A stretch of DNA of 63,132 nucleotides, filler included, from Octopus bimaculoides (taxonomy: Eukaryota): NCBI RefSeq assembly GCF_001194135.2. It is 7 parts of 6 records of this genome, joined end to end, with 100 filler letters (N's around TTAATTAATTAA, not from the genome) between each part and the next. Parts side by side here need not be neighbours in the genome. Positions count along the whole stretch, not along the records: positions 23,200 to 51,362 come from NC_068994.1; 6 more parts are not named here. One strand, written 5' to 3'. Below the pieces are notes generated by a model that worked only from the letters and a program-made list of their open reading frames with translations, did no database searches and had not been told where the DNA came from. Both the position numbers and the translations under genes were made by a program. This document shows, in pieces, positions 25,066 through 37,261 of the stretch (position 1 is the stretch's first letter; each line of letters begins with the position of its first letter).

Positions 25066-26338
25066 AAATCTGTCTCTAAAATGAGAAACTATACAAAAAT
25101 AGAAATCTCCCATAAAAATAGATACCCTAAGATATGATATTTAATATAACAGCAAACAAACACAGAAACACAACAAAGCATTCCACGTATTCGTGTTTTA
25201 CGGAACTGCACTCTGTTACGTAGTGAAAGCACGCTATAAAATATATGACCACTGCAATGATTAATAATAATTGTTTCCAACAGGAGAAGAGACAGAGATA
25301 TAATGCAACAGAAGTTTTACAATAAGTCTACAATATCTAGCAACTGGAAAATATTCACTCAATTGTTCGTGAAATATGCATGAAATATATAAGATGTATA
25401 AAACATGAACATACAAGTACGTTATTATCTTTCATAGTAGAAAGGATTATCTTTCATATTACATGATACAAAATTTATTATACAAAATTTTAAAATCTTT
25501 ATGCAGAATTGGCATAAATACTTCTGTATGTTAATATTTACACATCTGAGTGAACACACACACGCGCACACACACACACACACACACACACTCACATGCT
25601 CAAGCATAGACAATATAGACATACATTCTCAGTCTATATCAAATTTGTGAAAATGGAATGGAAAACATAGATATAAAGAACAATGAAATGTTGTTGTTGT
25701 TGTTGTTGTTGCTGTTGTTGGTGGTGGTGGTGGTGGTGGTGGTGGTGGCGGCGGTGATAGTGGTAATGCTACTGTGATAGCTATGGCACTTTGTAGTGCT
25801 CCCAAAATGATATTTGTTCACAGAGAGAAAAGGAAATGGACTATATACACTTCAATACGCGCGCGCGCACATATATTTATGTTTATTTACCTACATAAAC
25901 ATAAATATATATGTGTATTTGTGTGTGTGTGTGTGTGTGTGTATTTGCATGCATGTATTTGAGTGTTTGATTTGTGTAATTGATTGATATTGTTGAAAGT
26001 ACTTCTCTCCTCTCTCTCTTCCTCACTCCCTTACTATCTTGCTTTTTTTTCTCATTCGCTCTCTTTCTCCCTTTCTCTCCCATGCTCTCGCTCTATCTTT
26101 CACTCTCTTATTGTCTATTTGTTTTTTCTTCTCTCTCGGTCAGATTTCTCTTCGTCTTTTTTCAGTTTTCCTTTCCTTTCTAGCTGCTACCGTCTATTTG
26201 CGTTTGTTTCTGTTAGTATAAACCCTAGCAGCTATGATCATCCGACAGAATCTATTTACTTATTTCTATATGTTCATATTTGCCTGTATGTATTTATATA
26301 TGCATGTACGTATATACGCATGTATAATGTGTATAATA

Positions 26339-26373
<35 letters not shown>

Positions 26374-27325
26374 TTAATGAATGGAGTAAAACGCATATGT
26401 CAACTGCATACTTTAGGTATCTATTAACCAATTTATTTTGTCCGAGTTATTTATTAATTAGGAGAAAATAAATACATATAATANNNNNNNNNNNNNNNNN
26501 NNNNNNNNNNNNNNNNNNNNNNNNNNNNNNNNNNNNNNNNNNNNNNNNNNNNNTGTGTGTATATATATAGGCGCAGGCGTTGTTGCGTGGTAAGAAGCTT
26601 CCTTCCCATCCACAAATCTAGCGGTTCGGTAATAGAGATCGATACTATAAGTTGGAAAAAATAAGTACTGATCAATTTGTTCAATTAAAACCCTTCAAGG
26701 CTGTGCCCCAGCATGCCCGAAAGCAAACGCCTAAACCAAGTGAAAGATAAAAGCTATGCATGCACACGTATATACATTCATATATATGTACACATGTATA
26801 TACACATAAATATGCATATACATTGAAAGATAGAAGAAAAAAAAAAGAAAGAAAAAGGAAGATAAAAACATGTGCATATAAATATGGTAGTGTTTATCTC
26901 CACTTTAACGTGAACATTCTCTGAGAGATGACGATACAGCAATTTTAACCCCAGGAAGACATCTCCTCCAGCTGATTTATTCAGTGCGCTTTTCCTGCCA
27001 TCCTAGCTTTGAGATCACCGAACCACGTTATTTCAATGTTACTTGATCTCTTTGGTGGTGGGCACTCGTTTGCCAGGCATGGTAGAAGTTTAACCTCACC
27101 TGTAATATATAGAAAATAGTGTCATACAGTGACTGATTTTGTAACTAAGAAAGCAGCACGTTAGAAAATTTCTGCTCGAGATAGAAGCAGCATATGAACC
27201 AAAAGGTAGTGTTTATCCTGACTTTACCGTGGGTGCTCTCTAAAAGACGCCGATACTGCGATTTGGTATGTTGGTATGCATATAAATATGCATTCTTACA
27301 TACCAATATTTATGTGTGTGTGTGT

Positions 27326-27603
27326 GAACTTTAGGTTAATCAAAATATGTTTGTGACATATTTCAATTTCTAAGGATAAATTCACTGCAGTTACCGCGGA
27401 GAAAAAATTCTGTCTTATGGTAAAAGGTAAATAACACACCACACCTGACCAGTGTTGCCCTCTATCGGATTCCCAGAAGCAGTGCTTTTACACCTTTTAC
27501 ACCTTTTACTGTAAGAGAGAATTTTTTTTCCACAGTAACTGTAGTGAATTTGCCTTAGAAGTTGAAATATGTCATAAACATATTTTTAATTGACCTAAAG
27601 TTC
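27326..27603. repeat. Foldback element: ~105-bp inverted arms around a ~65-bp spacer
   Basis: gaactttaggttaatcaaaatatgtttgtgacatatttcaatttctaagg... is mirrored by ...ccttagaagttgaaatatgtcataaacatatttttaattgacctaaagttc. Confidence 0.85.
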
Positions 27604-28373
27604 GCGTATGTCTATAATATTCAGTCAGTTCGAGGATGTCTTATCCTCCTAAGGGATTAATATATCCAAAATTTCACTGGTTTAATGCCCAACACGTTCG
27701 AGGAAATTCTCCACGATATGTATGGGATTAGTATAAGTATTATTTTTTTTAAAAGGGTGAGAAAATGTAGAGTTGGTAAGGATGTAAATTAATTTATATA
27801 TGGTTCCAAGAAAAAGTCTGAATACAAATAAATTTTTTTTAAAAACCTACTTACGTTTCGATTCCAGCCTATAAATAAATGCATAATTTCAACTAGAAAA
27901 ATAAGAATAAAAATCTTTAAATAATAGAAAATAAAAAGTAATGCAATAATAAAGTATTACCAAATAGAAACAATAATGCATTATAATCGCAAAAAAAAAT
28001 AAAATAAGAAAAATAAAAACAAACAGTAATAAATACGTAATACAAAAAAAATAAATAAAAAATAAAACAGTTATCTATTTAAATTACGATTGCTTTACAT
28101 AGTCAATGTAAACTACTGACCAAAGGTAGCCATAAAATCCTATCGAATCAAATTCATTTATTTATTTATATAGTGTGTAGTCAAATTTGAATTGTATAGT
28201 CGTTAAGAAATGTATATTTCATATTTATATATAGATATATATACATATACTCATATATACTATTAGCGTATGTATGTGTTTGTTTATATTACGGCTATAT
28301 GTACTTGCGCATGAGTGAATGTGTCATTATATATGTGAAAATATACTTATATATATGTCATTCTACAATTTAA

Positions 28374-30303
28374 CCTTTGCTCTACCAGAGAAAATGTATG
28401 TCACTAATTACCACCTGGGTCCAATGGACCCAATATTTTTCTTTTAACTAAATTTTATTCAAGCTACCACTATTTCTTAGCTTCATTATATATGCTATCA
28501 TGTGACTGAAGAATTACTGTTTCTAACAAATTTTAATTAAAAAAAATACAGCTTACAGAGTATATTATAAATCATGTTGTAGAATATAATCATAAGCCAC
28601 CTTCGTGCCATTATTTTGCAAGTGTATGTCCTTGCCATCTTATCTGGGGTATCTACTCCACCTTTTGTTTTGTTGTAACATGTAATAACTTCAGGTTACT
28701 CTCAGCACTTTTTGAATTAATTGAGAGTGCATTGTACTCATAAGTGTGACTACATAATTTTTCTTGGGACAATAAGATAGGATCATAGAATCCTTTCGAA
28801 ATCCAAATATTGTGCTGTTGATTTCTCTTTCTTTTCCATTTGTGAAAGCACTTGGAAGTTCAACTCAGTTCTTTCTGATTGTTCCAACTAAAGTAGTTTC
28901 CTTGCTAAGCAGCTTTCAAGCCAATCCTAGACTTGTAAAGAAATTACCACAAGTTATATTGTGACCAGTATTTTCAATTTCTTTTACTAGGTCTTCAACA
29001 AGTTTGAACCTTGATTTGTCTCTCTCCCTTTTACTGGGACTTTTCCAGTGTAGATTTATATTTTCTAGGCATAAGATATTTCACTGTCGCATATTTCCCA
29101 AATTTTAATTCCATATTTCCCTGGTTTTGAAAGAATATATACCCGGAATGGACAGCACCCTCTGAATGAAATTGATTATTCATCATTTGTCATGCATCAA
29201 GTTGGAACACATCCATCTTGCAAATTCTGATTCCACATTTCAAATACTTCTCTTATGGGCTCCAATTTATCATCACTTCTCTTTTTCTTTTTGCACTAGC
29301 ATCATCAAAACGCAATACCTGTAAAATCTGTTGAAATTTTCGCTAGATCATAATTTTGTTGAATATTGGGCGGCCATCTTCTTGACTTCATAACTGTATG
29401 ACATTTTCATGTTTAGATTTATAAACACCCATAAAAATAATCAGTCCAATAAATTTCTTTAGTTCAGAGTAATGAATTTCCTTCTATTTATCTTTGTAAA
29501 CAACCTGATCTTCAACATTTGTCCATGGCGCATAAAGATAGTAAAACATGTTTCAATGCTATCGCAAGACCTTTTAGTATAACGGGATGGTCCACATTCT
29601 CGGTGCACAATATTGCAAGATGAAGTTCTTACTGTCCAGCACACAATCACTTAGGCCATAATCTTCAGAGCAATAGAAGGAATCACTATCTTCTTCCCAT
29701 TCTTCATCTAATTCCAATAACCATTTTGATATTTGGTCTTCACTCAAGTTTTCAAGTCTAACCATATTGGAAAGCACAACTGAACTACATGAAACTTAAT
29801 AGCAGACTAAAGGCAGATATTGCTCTCTCACACATTTATACTCTCCTGAAAGATGATGCAATATATTGTAAGATTTGCGTCATCACATAGAAATTTTGCA
29901 TCACCCTCTAACCTAGCAATACCACACAAATTTACAGGAATATTTTCATAATTTTTACTATTTTATCTAAACTTCAGAAAATAAATTGAATACAATTTTA
30001 TCTATTTTATATCTGATAAATATCTAGGAAAATAATATTTGATACTGCTTTTATTCTGTTTAGAATGACAAGAGTTGTGTCTGAATCTAAATTGAGGGTC
30101 CAATGGATCCATACGGTAATTAATGTATAAAGTGAAATTCTCTAGCATTTATAAACATACAAAAAATTTCCCATTTGACAAATAAAAGAGTCAAGAAAAA
30201 ATAAGAATCACGAGAAATCAACAGAATCAAATAATATAAACAGTAAGAAAAAGTAACTGAAAAAACTGAAATGGGTCCATTGGACCCATTGGTAGACGGA
30301 AGG
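28374..30303 (-). mobile_element. End-to-end, decayed piggyBac transposon (1930 bp) with TTAA on both sides
   Basis: TTAA at 28370-28373 and 30304-30307; TIRs CCTT..TCTACCA. Minus-strand frames read acidic N-terminus LSEDQISKWLLELDEEWEEDSD, FRGCCPFRVY, KPGKYGIKIW, NITCGNFFTS, TTLVGTIRKN and LMSTMHS, with many stops and frameshifts. Confidence 0.92.
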
Positions 30304-30969
30304 TTAATAAAGTAAATAAATGAATGATTAGATAGATAGTAATCCTTAGTTTTTTAAATTTATAATAGAAATTAAAATTAATCAATATAGTAAAAAAATT
30401 CAGACTTATTTTATTACTTTTTAGATACGTAAAGTCGGTAATGAAAGAATTGCGTATTACGTGGATAGATTATGCGTATTACGTCATTAAGTTTATGTTT
30501 ACCTAAAAAAAACCCACTAAATAATCTATGCTGGGGTTTATTAGATAAAATATCAGTTAGAAGGTTAATTGAATATTTAGATAAATTCAGTTCTAATTAT
30601 ATAAGGATTTTTGGTTATACTACTTTATTTCACAGTAAATTCTATATAATAAGTTATACAACGTATTCTAATTATTATTAAATTAATTTTACATTTGGAG
30701 ATATATAACTATCATCCGACATTATATTCGAGTATCTACTAAATATATTCTATCAGAGTTCAGATAATGTATACTTAAGGTTTTATTAAATAAATTAATA
30801 AATGATTAATTATTTATATATTTATGTATATATCTAGGGGAAAAGACCACAAAACAGGAGCATGTATATATGTGTGCGTGTTTATTTTTAAAAAATTATA
30901 TACTATATATTTAATACTTAATAACGATTGCACATGTATGCATGTATCTAATAGCATATATAGTAATAT

Positions 30970-31275
30970 TTAGAGGAAAAAGTATTTCAGAGCATGTAGA
31001 CAAGCTAAATCTCTCTCATTCCTGATGTTTAGTAATTTGTGTCTGGAAGATAATATTAGGTAAATTTCTTCCGTACAAAAGTTGCTCGTCCTATCATTAG
31101 AACGATAAGATTTAGCATGACTCAAAATTTTCCATTTAACTTTAAAACTTTTATTACTATCTTTTAAACTCCAAATGAATTTACTAAGACTTGTGCTGTT
31201 AATTTTAAGCCGGTTTCTGAAGGTATTTTCGTGATTTGCAATTCTTCTCTTTATAAAACATTTGGTCGATCCAAC
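30970..31275 (-). mobile_element. PLE GIY-YIG endonuclease C-terminal fragment (Naiad/Chlamys-like)
   Basis: VGSTKCFIKRRIANHENTF...NSTSLSKFIWSLKD...KWKIL...FCTEEIYLIL...LLNIRNE...CLHALKY. Confidence 0.85.
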
Positions 31276-31279
31276 CAAC

Positions 31280-32420
31280 GCAACAGGGGCAATCTCAGAA
31301 TCGTCATGGCCCTCCTTATAAACAAATTGAAACCAGCCATTAACAACAGGAAGGAACTACACGAATCAGACTAGTTGCTATAGCAATACCAATCTCCGCA
31401 TGTCACCTGCTTCCTTCATCCAAAAGTCCTTCCCCCACACACATCTGAGCAACGAGAGTAAGTAGACAGCCGACAACTGATGAAGGGTCGTTCTTTGAAT
31501 TCTTTTTATTACTTGTCTTGTTTTCCATTTTTTCTCTCGTTATTTGCGTATTTAACTCATTTGTTTTCGTATTTCATGTTGTATAGTGTTGGTGACGGAA
31601 ATAATAATATACCAAGAATCTTTATCTACCTTTGGAAACCTTCCTTCCCAATACATAAAAGAGAATTGGAAAAGATTCCTAGACGACTGTTTCATACTCT
31701 GGAATGAAAACGCAGACAAACTCCTAGAAAAGACTATTGAACAGCGTCAACCCAAACGTACAGTTCACAATGGAGTACAACCAAAAGGATCTCCCATTCT
31801 TGGATATATTAGCTAAAAAAATAAACCTAAAACTAGAAACGGACATATCTTACAAAACCACAGACGCCAAACAATATCTACTGTTTAATTCATGCCACCC
31901 AAGACACACCAAAACAAATATTCCCTTCAACCTTGCAAGAAGGATATGCACAATAGCGTCAGAAAAAATACCAGAGACTTTAGACTGCAAGAATTCAAAA
32001 AACACTTTCATTGACAGAGAGATCAACTCTTAAAGGATAGAATCAGATGTGCAACACAAATCGACATAAAAACCTTATGAAAAGTTCAACACAGCAACAT
32101 ACCTTCTCTGAAAATACTGCCACATATATCCACATACAACCCCAGAAACAAAGAAGCCTTCACTATCATTACCCAAAATGTACCAATGCTACATAAGGAC
32201 CCCAAATCAAAGGAAATTTTACACACACATAAGATCCTTAAAAGTCGCAAACACCCGAAGTCACTAAAAAAGATACTCACAAAGGCAAAATTATTTTCTA
32301 AAATTACGGACTCAAAAGTGGGCCAGTCCCAAAGAAAAACTAAGCTAAGAGCACTAGATTCCTTGGAAGAAAGCAGCGAATGCATACGAAAACAAGGACG
32401 GAAAAAAGACGGAGAAATGG
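31280..32420 (+). mobile_element. Penelope-like element: pseudo-LTR (31280-31570) followed by 5'-truncated RT/thumb region
   Basis: GNLRIVMALLINKLKPAINNRKE* (GIY-YIG C-end) and CTGATGA at 31477 precede WKRFLDDCFILW, NVQFTME...LPFLDI...YKTTDAKQYLLFNSCHPRHTKTNIPFNLARRI. Confidence 0.85.
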
Positions 32421-33078
32421 TACACAAATACAAATGCAAATAACAGGACATTGACAACAGGTGTCGTTCGGCTAAAGACGAATTAAATTAAGGTGGCGTG
32501 TGTGGAAGTGAAGCCTTACGGCAGGGACATAAGAGATGAGAGGCATGGGGAGGAATATAGATGTTGTACGGATGGTAGTCGAACCAAGAAAGAAAGTTCA
32601 GGCTTGGCCGAACACCGGTCACGTGGAGAGAGCGGAGAGAGGTAGAGGCAGAGGGATAAAATAATTAGGAAGGGACGAGAAAAAAGAAAAGGGACAGAGT
32701 GAAGTGAAAGAGGAGGGAAGGGGAGAATGAAGAGAAAGCCAGGAAATGTGAGAGAGGGGGAACGAAAGAAAGAAGAGTGGAAAAAACGAAGTAAGTGTGA
32801 AGAGGCTGATAGAAAGAAAGAAAAAATGAAAGAATAAGAGAGTCATACAAAATTTATATATATATATATATATATATATTAGTTTATGTATATATTAATA
32901 TTATCTCAGTTATTAAAACCTTTGATAATGTAAATATGTTAATAGTTACCAGAGGTAAAAAATCAAGATATCACCGCCGTTTTACAGGTAGAGATACCAA
33001 GTTAAAGTGATACATTTTGAGAAGATATGGATAATAATAATAAATGGAGCAAAACGCATATAAATAAAAGTTCCTTTA

Positions 33079-33167
33079 ATTCCTACACATGTTTCAAAAT
33101 AAATGAGAGCACTTTCACAAAGAAGTAAGAACTGCTGGGATTCCTCATATATTTCTCTTCAGGGAGT
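33079..33167 (-). ncRNA. Type I hammerhead motif with long stem II insert
   Basis: Minus strand ACTCC-CTGAAGA-GAAATA...TATTTT-GAAA-CATGTG-TA-GGAAT: intact core, stem I TCC/GGA, stem II GAAATA/TATTTT, stem III CA/TG. Confidence 0.6.
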
Positions 33168-34435
33168 TCATAATAAAACATATAATAGCAAGACAAAAAC
33201 GAAATGATGAGGTAACTTACGAGCAGAGATGTTACATGGTCAGTGACCTTTAGAAGGTTTGTTTACATAGAGATATAAAGGGGTCAATGATATTATTCTA
33301 TGGGCTATAGGAATAAGAACGCTTGTTTACATAGAGATATAAAGGGAGGGGGTTATAAACGTGATGCTAAAGGATAAACTCAGAGAGTTATTTAAATAGG
33401 GGGAGAAAGACAAATATGTTGTAGTTCTGTTAAATTTTAAAGAGCGTAAGCTAATTGCTGAGTCAAAAAAGGAGGAAGGAAGGGAACTAAGGGAGTACAT
33501 CATATAAGGGAAACTAATAACATATATATATATGTAGTGAAGAAAGTGAATAAACATAAATGAAACATCGTAGCCTAGTGATATATTATATTATATTATT
33601 GAACGGATATTAACGTTTGTTAATGGTAAAGCAGGGTACAGGAGATTTATTTGAGAAGTAATAAAGATAATAACAAACACGTTAACAAGAATAGAAATAC
33701 TTAGTTGAAGTCAGCGGAGGTGCGAACAGCCACCTGTGGGGCATTACTAAGAAGACATTAATTTCGCAAGCAGGCTGTCCCGTTGATCGAATCAACTGGT
33801 ACCTTCATCTTCGTAACTGACGGAGTGCCATTTTTATGTAAGTGTGTGTGTGTGTGTGTGTGATGTTGTGTCGTGTTATAGTGATAGGTGTAATTATGAA
33901 TGGATTCTTAATCAGTGGTTTTATACTGATAAATAACCACTGTCAGTTGAGGAATTTCAAGCCATACAAGTACACTAACATCCAACTAAGTAATAAAATA
34001 CATCGATAAAAACCACACAACGACATGAACACACAACCGCACAACTACATAACTTTACAACCACAGAACCACATCATTTATTACAAAACCACACATCTAC
34101 AAAAACACACAATCGTAACCATATAATCACACATCCACATAACTGCACAACCACGGAACCACATCATTACACAACCACTACAGACACACACAATTGTAAG
34201 CATATAGACACACATCCGCACATAAATATAACTACACTACACAAAGCCACACAACCAAACAATCATCTATATATAACGCTATAATTAGATCTACGTCGTC
34301 TGTTTATTCATGTACTTTAATAGATTGTCCAGTTGGTGACCTTAATGTCCGGCCGGTTGTGAATCTCTGAGAAATAAAAAATTGAAAATTACTATTTGTA
34401 AATCTCTCAACGAGAGATATTCAGCAACAATACTC

Positions 34436-34826
34436 TAGAGTAAAGATTGTTTGCCAACATAACATGGCAGTCCTGATTTAGGACGAATGTTGCTGTAATT
34501 TAGCCCCAGGTGACATCGTCTCCAGCTGGCTATACGACACGATCTGTGTCCTAATATTTTCGAACGAGGACATCTAGCGCCCCCACTATGCTCAAAACAA
34601 TATTTGTGTATCGCGATTTCCGGATTATTTCCCTTCATCAGCACAGAGTAATTGTTCGACTGGAGGTTTATTCTTTATTATGATAATAAAATATCAAAAC
34701 ATAGAGGGGAGAATACACGGCATTACAAACAAATAGCGTTCATGTGTTTGTTAAATGAAATTTTAAAAATATGATGATTTATATTATATACAATTAAAAT
34801 TAGATACAATTGAAAATTTACACCTT
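34436..34826 (-). repeat. Left arm of ~380-bp inverted repeat (hammerhead repeat plus putative Tx1 3' UTR)
   Basis: Reverse complement aligns with 37262-37640 along its whole length. Confidence 0.92.
34604..34647 (-). ncRNA. Minimal type I hammerhead motif
   Basis: Minus strand TCTGTG-CTGATGA-AGGGAAATAATCCG-GAAA-TCGCGA-TA-CACAAA. Confidence 0.65.
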
Positions 34827-34829
34827 GAT

Positions 34830-36990
34830 CGTGAAGTCCAGCGGCTACACCGTACTCCTTTATTATGGATGAGATTAAGTAGGCTCACTCACCCCCAACT
34901 TCCTTTCCACATCCTTCTATCTTTTTCCGTATACACTTCGCGACAGGCGTCTTTTGCTCATCATATGATATCTGAAGTAATATAGAAAACCAAGGCCGGA
35001 GATGAATATTCCCGTCGCGACTCCTTTCTTTCTAGTTTTCCATATACACTCTTACAATACTGCAACTATGCATAAGAAACGTGCCTCACCTTCCTTTGAT
35101 AGTCCGGGTGGCGGTGCAATCTTAATCATGAACTCAGCTGATAGCTGTACTCTTTCTAGATGTGACAGCACGTGTTCTGCGTAAACTATCAAGCCCTAAA
35201 GCTCCGGGCACTGTATAAGGCTGTGCAGAACGGTTTCATCGTCCTGCCCGCACCTTGGGCATGCCGATGGCATTGACATTCCATGCCTAGGCAATTTATC
35301 GCGAACAGGTAAAGCACTCCTATAGCACTGCCAGGTCAGGGATTTCTGGTAGTTATCCAGGTACCCCGGCCCGAAAGTTCTTTGAAACAGGTTGGCTAGC
35401 TGGACCGCATCGAACCCCAGAGTTCCTCCTAGGACGTCATCCCTCTTAAACGCTATAGAATATCGCAGTGGTACTCCCGCTGCCGGCGTTGTCTGCCTTG
35501 TGGATGAGCACGAGTGCCTGTCGGCACTCTTTCTGCCATTCAGTCAGGTTACGTCTTTTTATGAAATTGGGTTTGAATTCCTCCAAGGAGGCCAGTCGCG
35601 AAAATAATGTCTCTGTCAGCGGACTCCACACTTGGTCACCCTCCAGGTAGAACCAGAGGTGCCTCAGCCTCAGAGCATGTCTGCGCATCATCAACCACGG
35701 CATCCCTAAACCATCCTTTAGGCAGCAGACAGAGCGCCTCACAAGCGGTTTTCCTCTCCTCCACAAAAAGCGGAAGAGAAGGCGTTCCAACTTGTTTAGC
35801 CATGAATCAGAGCAAGAGACAACGGTCAGACGGTACGTGATAACAGATGCAATATACACCTGCACCACCTCCGCCCTCCCCTTCACGGATAGCGCCCTTC
35901 CAGACCAGGTCCGATTAGGGACTCCACCCCGTCTGTCACCTAACTCCAATTCTTCTCCGTCTGGGAATCCAGTCCAAACCAGACTCCAAGCAACTTAACA
36001 GGACCTTCCGTCCAGTGGCCCACGACACTAGATNNNNNNNNNNNNNNNNNNNNNNNNNNNNNNNNNNNNNNNNNNNNNNNNNNNNNNNNNNNNNNNNNNN
36101 NNNNNNNNNNNNNNNNNNNNNNNNNNNNNNNNNNNNNNNNNNNNNNNNNNNNNNNNNNNNNNNNNNNNNNNNNNNNNNNNNNNNNNNNNNNNNNNNNNNN
36201 NNNNNNNNNNNNNNNNNNNNNNNNNNNNNNNNNNNNNNNNNNNNNNNNNNNNNNNNNNNNNNNNNNNNNNNNNNNNNNNNNNNNNNNNNNNNNNNNNNNN
36301 NNNNNNNNNNNNNNNNNNNNNNNNNNNNNNNNNNNNNNNNNNNNNNNNNNNNNNNNNNNCCGTTTATCTGGACTGTAGATTTGATGCCACTATAAATGTC
36401 AGTAATCCAGCCACGGAAGTCTGGGCTTAGCCCAGCCGCTTCGAGGACTGCCGTCAGGTACTAGTGGTCTACCCTATCAAAAGCTTTACTCTGGTCTAAA
36501 TGGACCAGTGCCCCATCTTTACCGGATAACTTACCCACCCTCTCTAAGGTGTAGCGCAGGAAATGGAGATTGTCCTTGATTGACCTGCCTAAAATGGCGT
36601 TTGTCTGCGCCCTCCCAAGTTTCTCCGCGACACGCGCCAACCTCTTATCTAGCACCCTGGCCAAAATGTTTAACCCTACAATAAGTAGAGTTATGGGCCT
36701 AAAATTACTAATATGGTCCTCCTTGCTCGGGTCTTTTCTGATCAGCGTCACCACTCCCCGACTCACAGAGCTAGGAATCCTCCCATTCTGCTGCCAGTTT
36801 GTGTAGACGCAGGCCAGCAAGTGCCCGAACAAGTCCGGCATGCTACAATAAAATTCATAGAGCAGACCATCCAGCTCCAGCGATTTGTCCCCGGTGCACT
36901 CAACCAGCACCTCTTCAACCTCCGTAGCCGTAATCGACCCATCACAGCATTCTGCCTCCCGTGCCGAGAGTCGTGGCCCACCGGCGAGGG
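34830..36990 (-). mobile_element. Tx1/L1-clade LINE ORF2 relic (RT and C-terminal region; gap 36034-36359)
   Basis: DGLLYEFY...RGVVTLIRKD...NFRPITLL...ILARVLDKRL...HLDQSKAFDRVDH and WSGRALSVKGRAEVVQVYIASVITYRL...KLERLLFRFLW...GLGMP. Confidence 0.92.
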
Positions 36991-36994
36991 GCTG

Positions 36995-37260
36995 AGTGTA
37001 AGTGTTGACGTAGAGGGACGTAGACCGCGCTGGTTTAAGTGCGGCGAAAAAGGTCACGTCCACTCAGAATGTAAAGAAAAGAAAAGCGAAGCCCCTTTCC
37101 GAAAAGAACCACCAAACGAAGGGGAGAAAGAAAAGCAAGCGGCAAAGCCAACAAAGGTTGTGGAAGAAACCAAACAAACAAGACAAAGAGAAACCCAAGA
37201 AATAATACAAACCACAGAAGAAGGCGAAGATATGGAATTTAGCACGCCATCTCCTTGTTA
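36995..37260 (+). mobile_element. LINE ORF1 fragment with zinc knuckle, inverted relative to the adjacent ORF2
   Basis: VSVDVEGRRPRWFKCGEKGHVHSEC (CX2CX4HX4C with the first C as W) followed by a K/E-rich tail. Confidence 0.75.
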
Positions 37261-37261
37261 A

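Noticed and set aside
26960-27092. Apparent minus-strand terminal exon (EVKLLPCLANECPPPKRSS...)
   Set aside because: It overlaps sequence similar to the ccccagg...catc...ccagctg repeat family, and I recognise no homologue.
27540-27580. Hammerhead in the 27.3-kb foldback
   Set aside because: GAAA and a stem are present, but there is no CUGANGA core and no stem I pairing.
31470-31520. Hammerhead in the PLE pseudo-LTR (CTGATGA at 31477)
   Set aside because: The first half is plausible, but GAAA and stem III are not recoverable in this copy.
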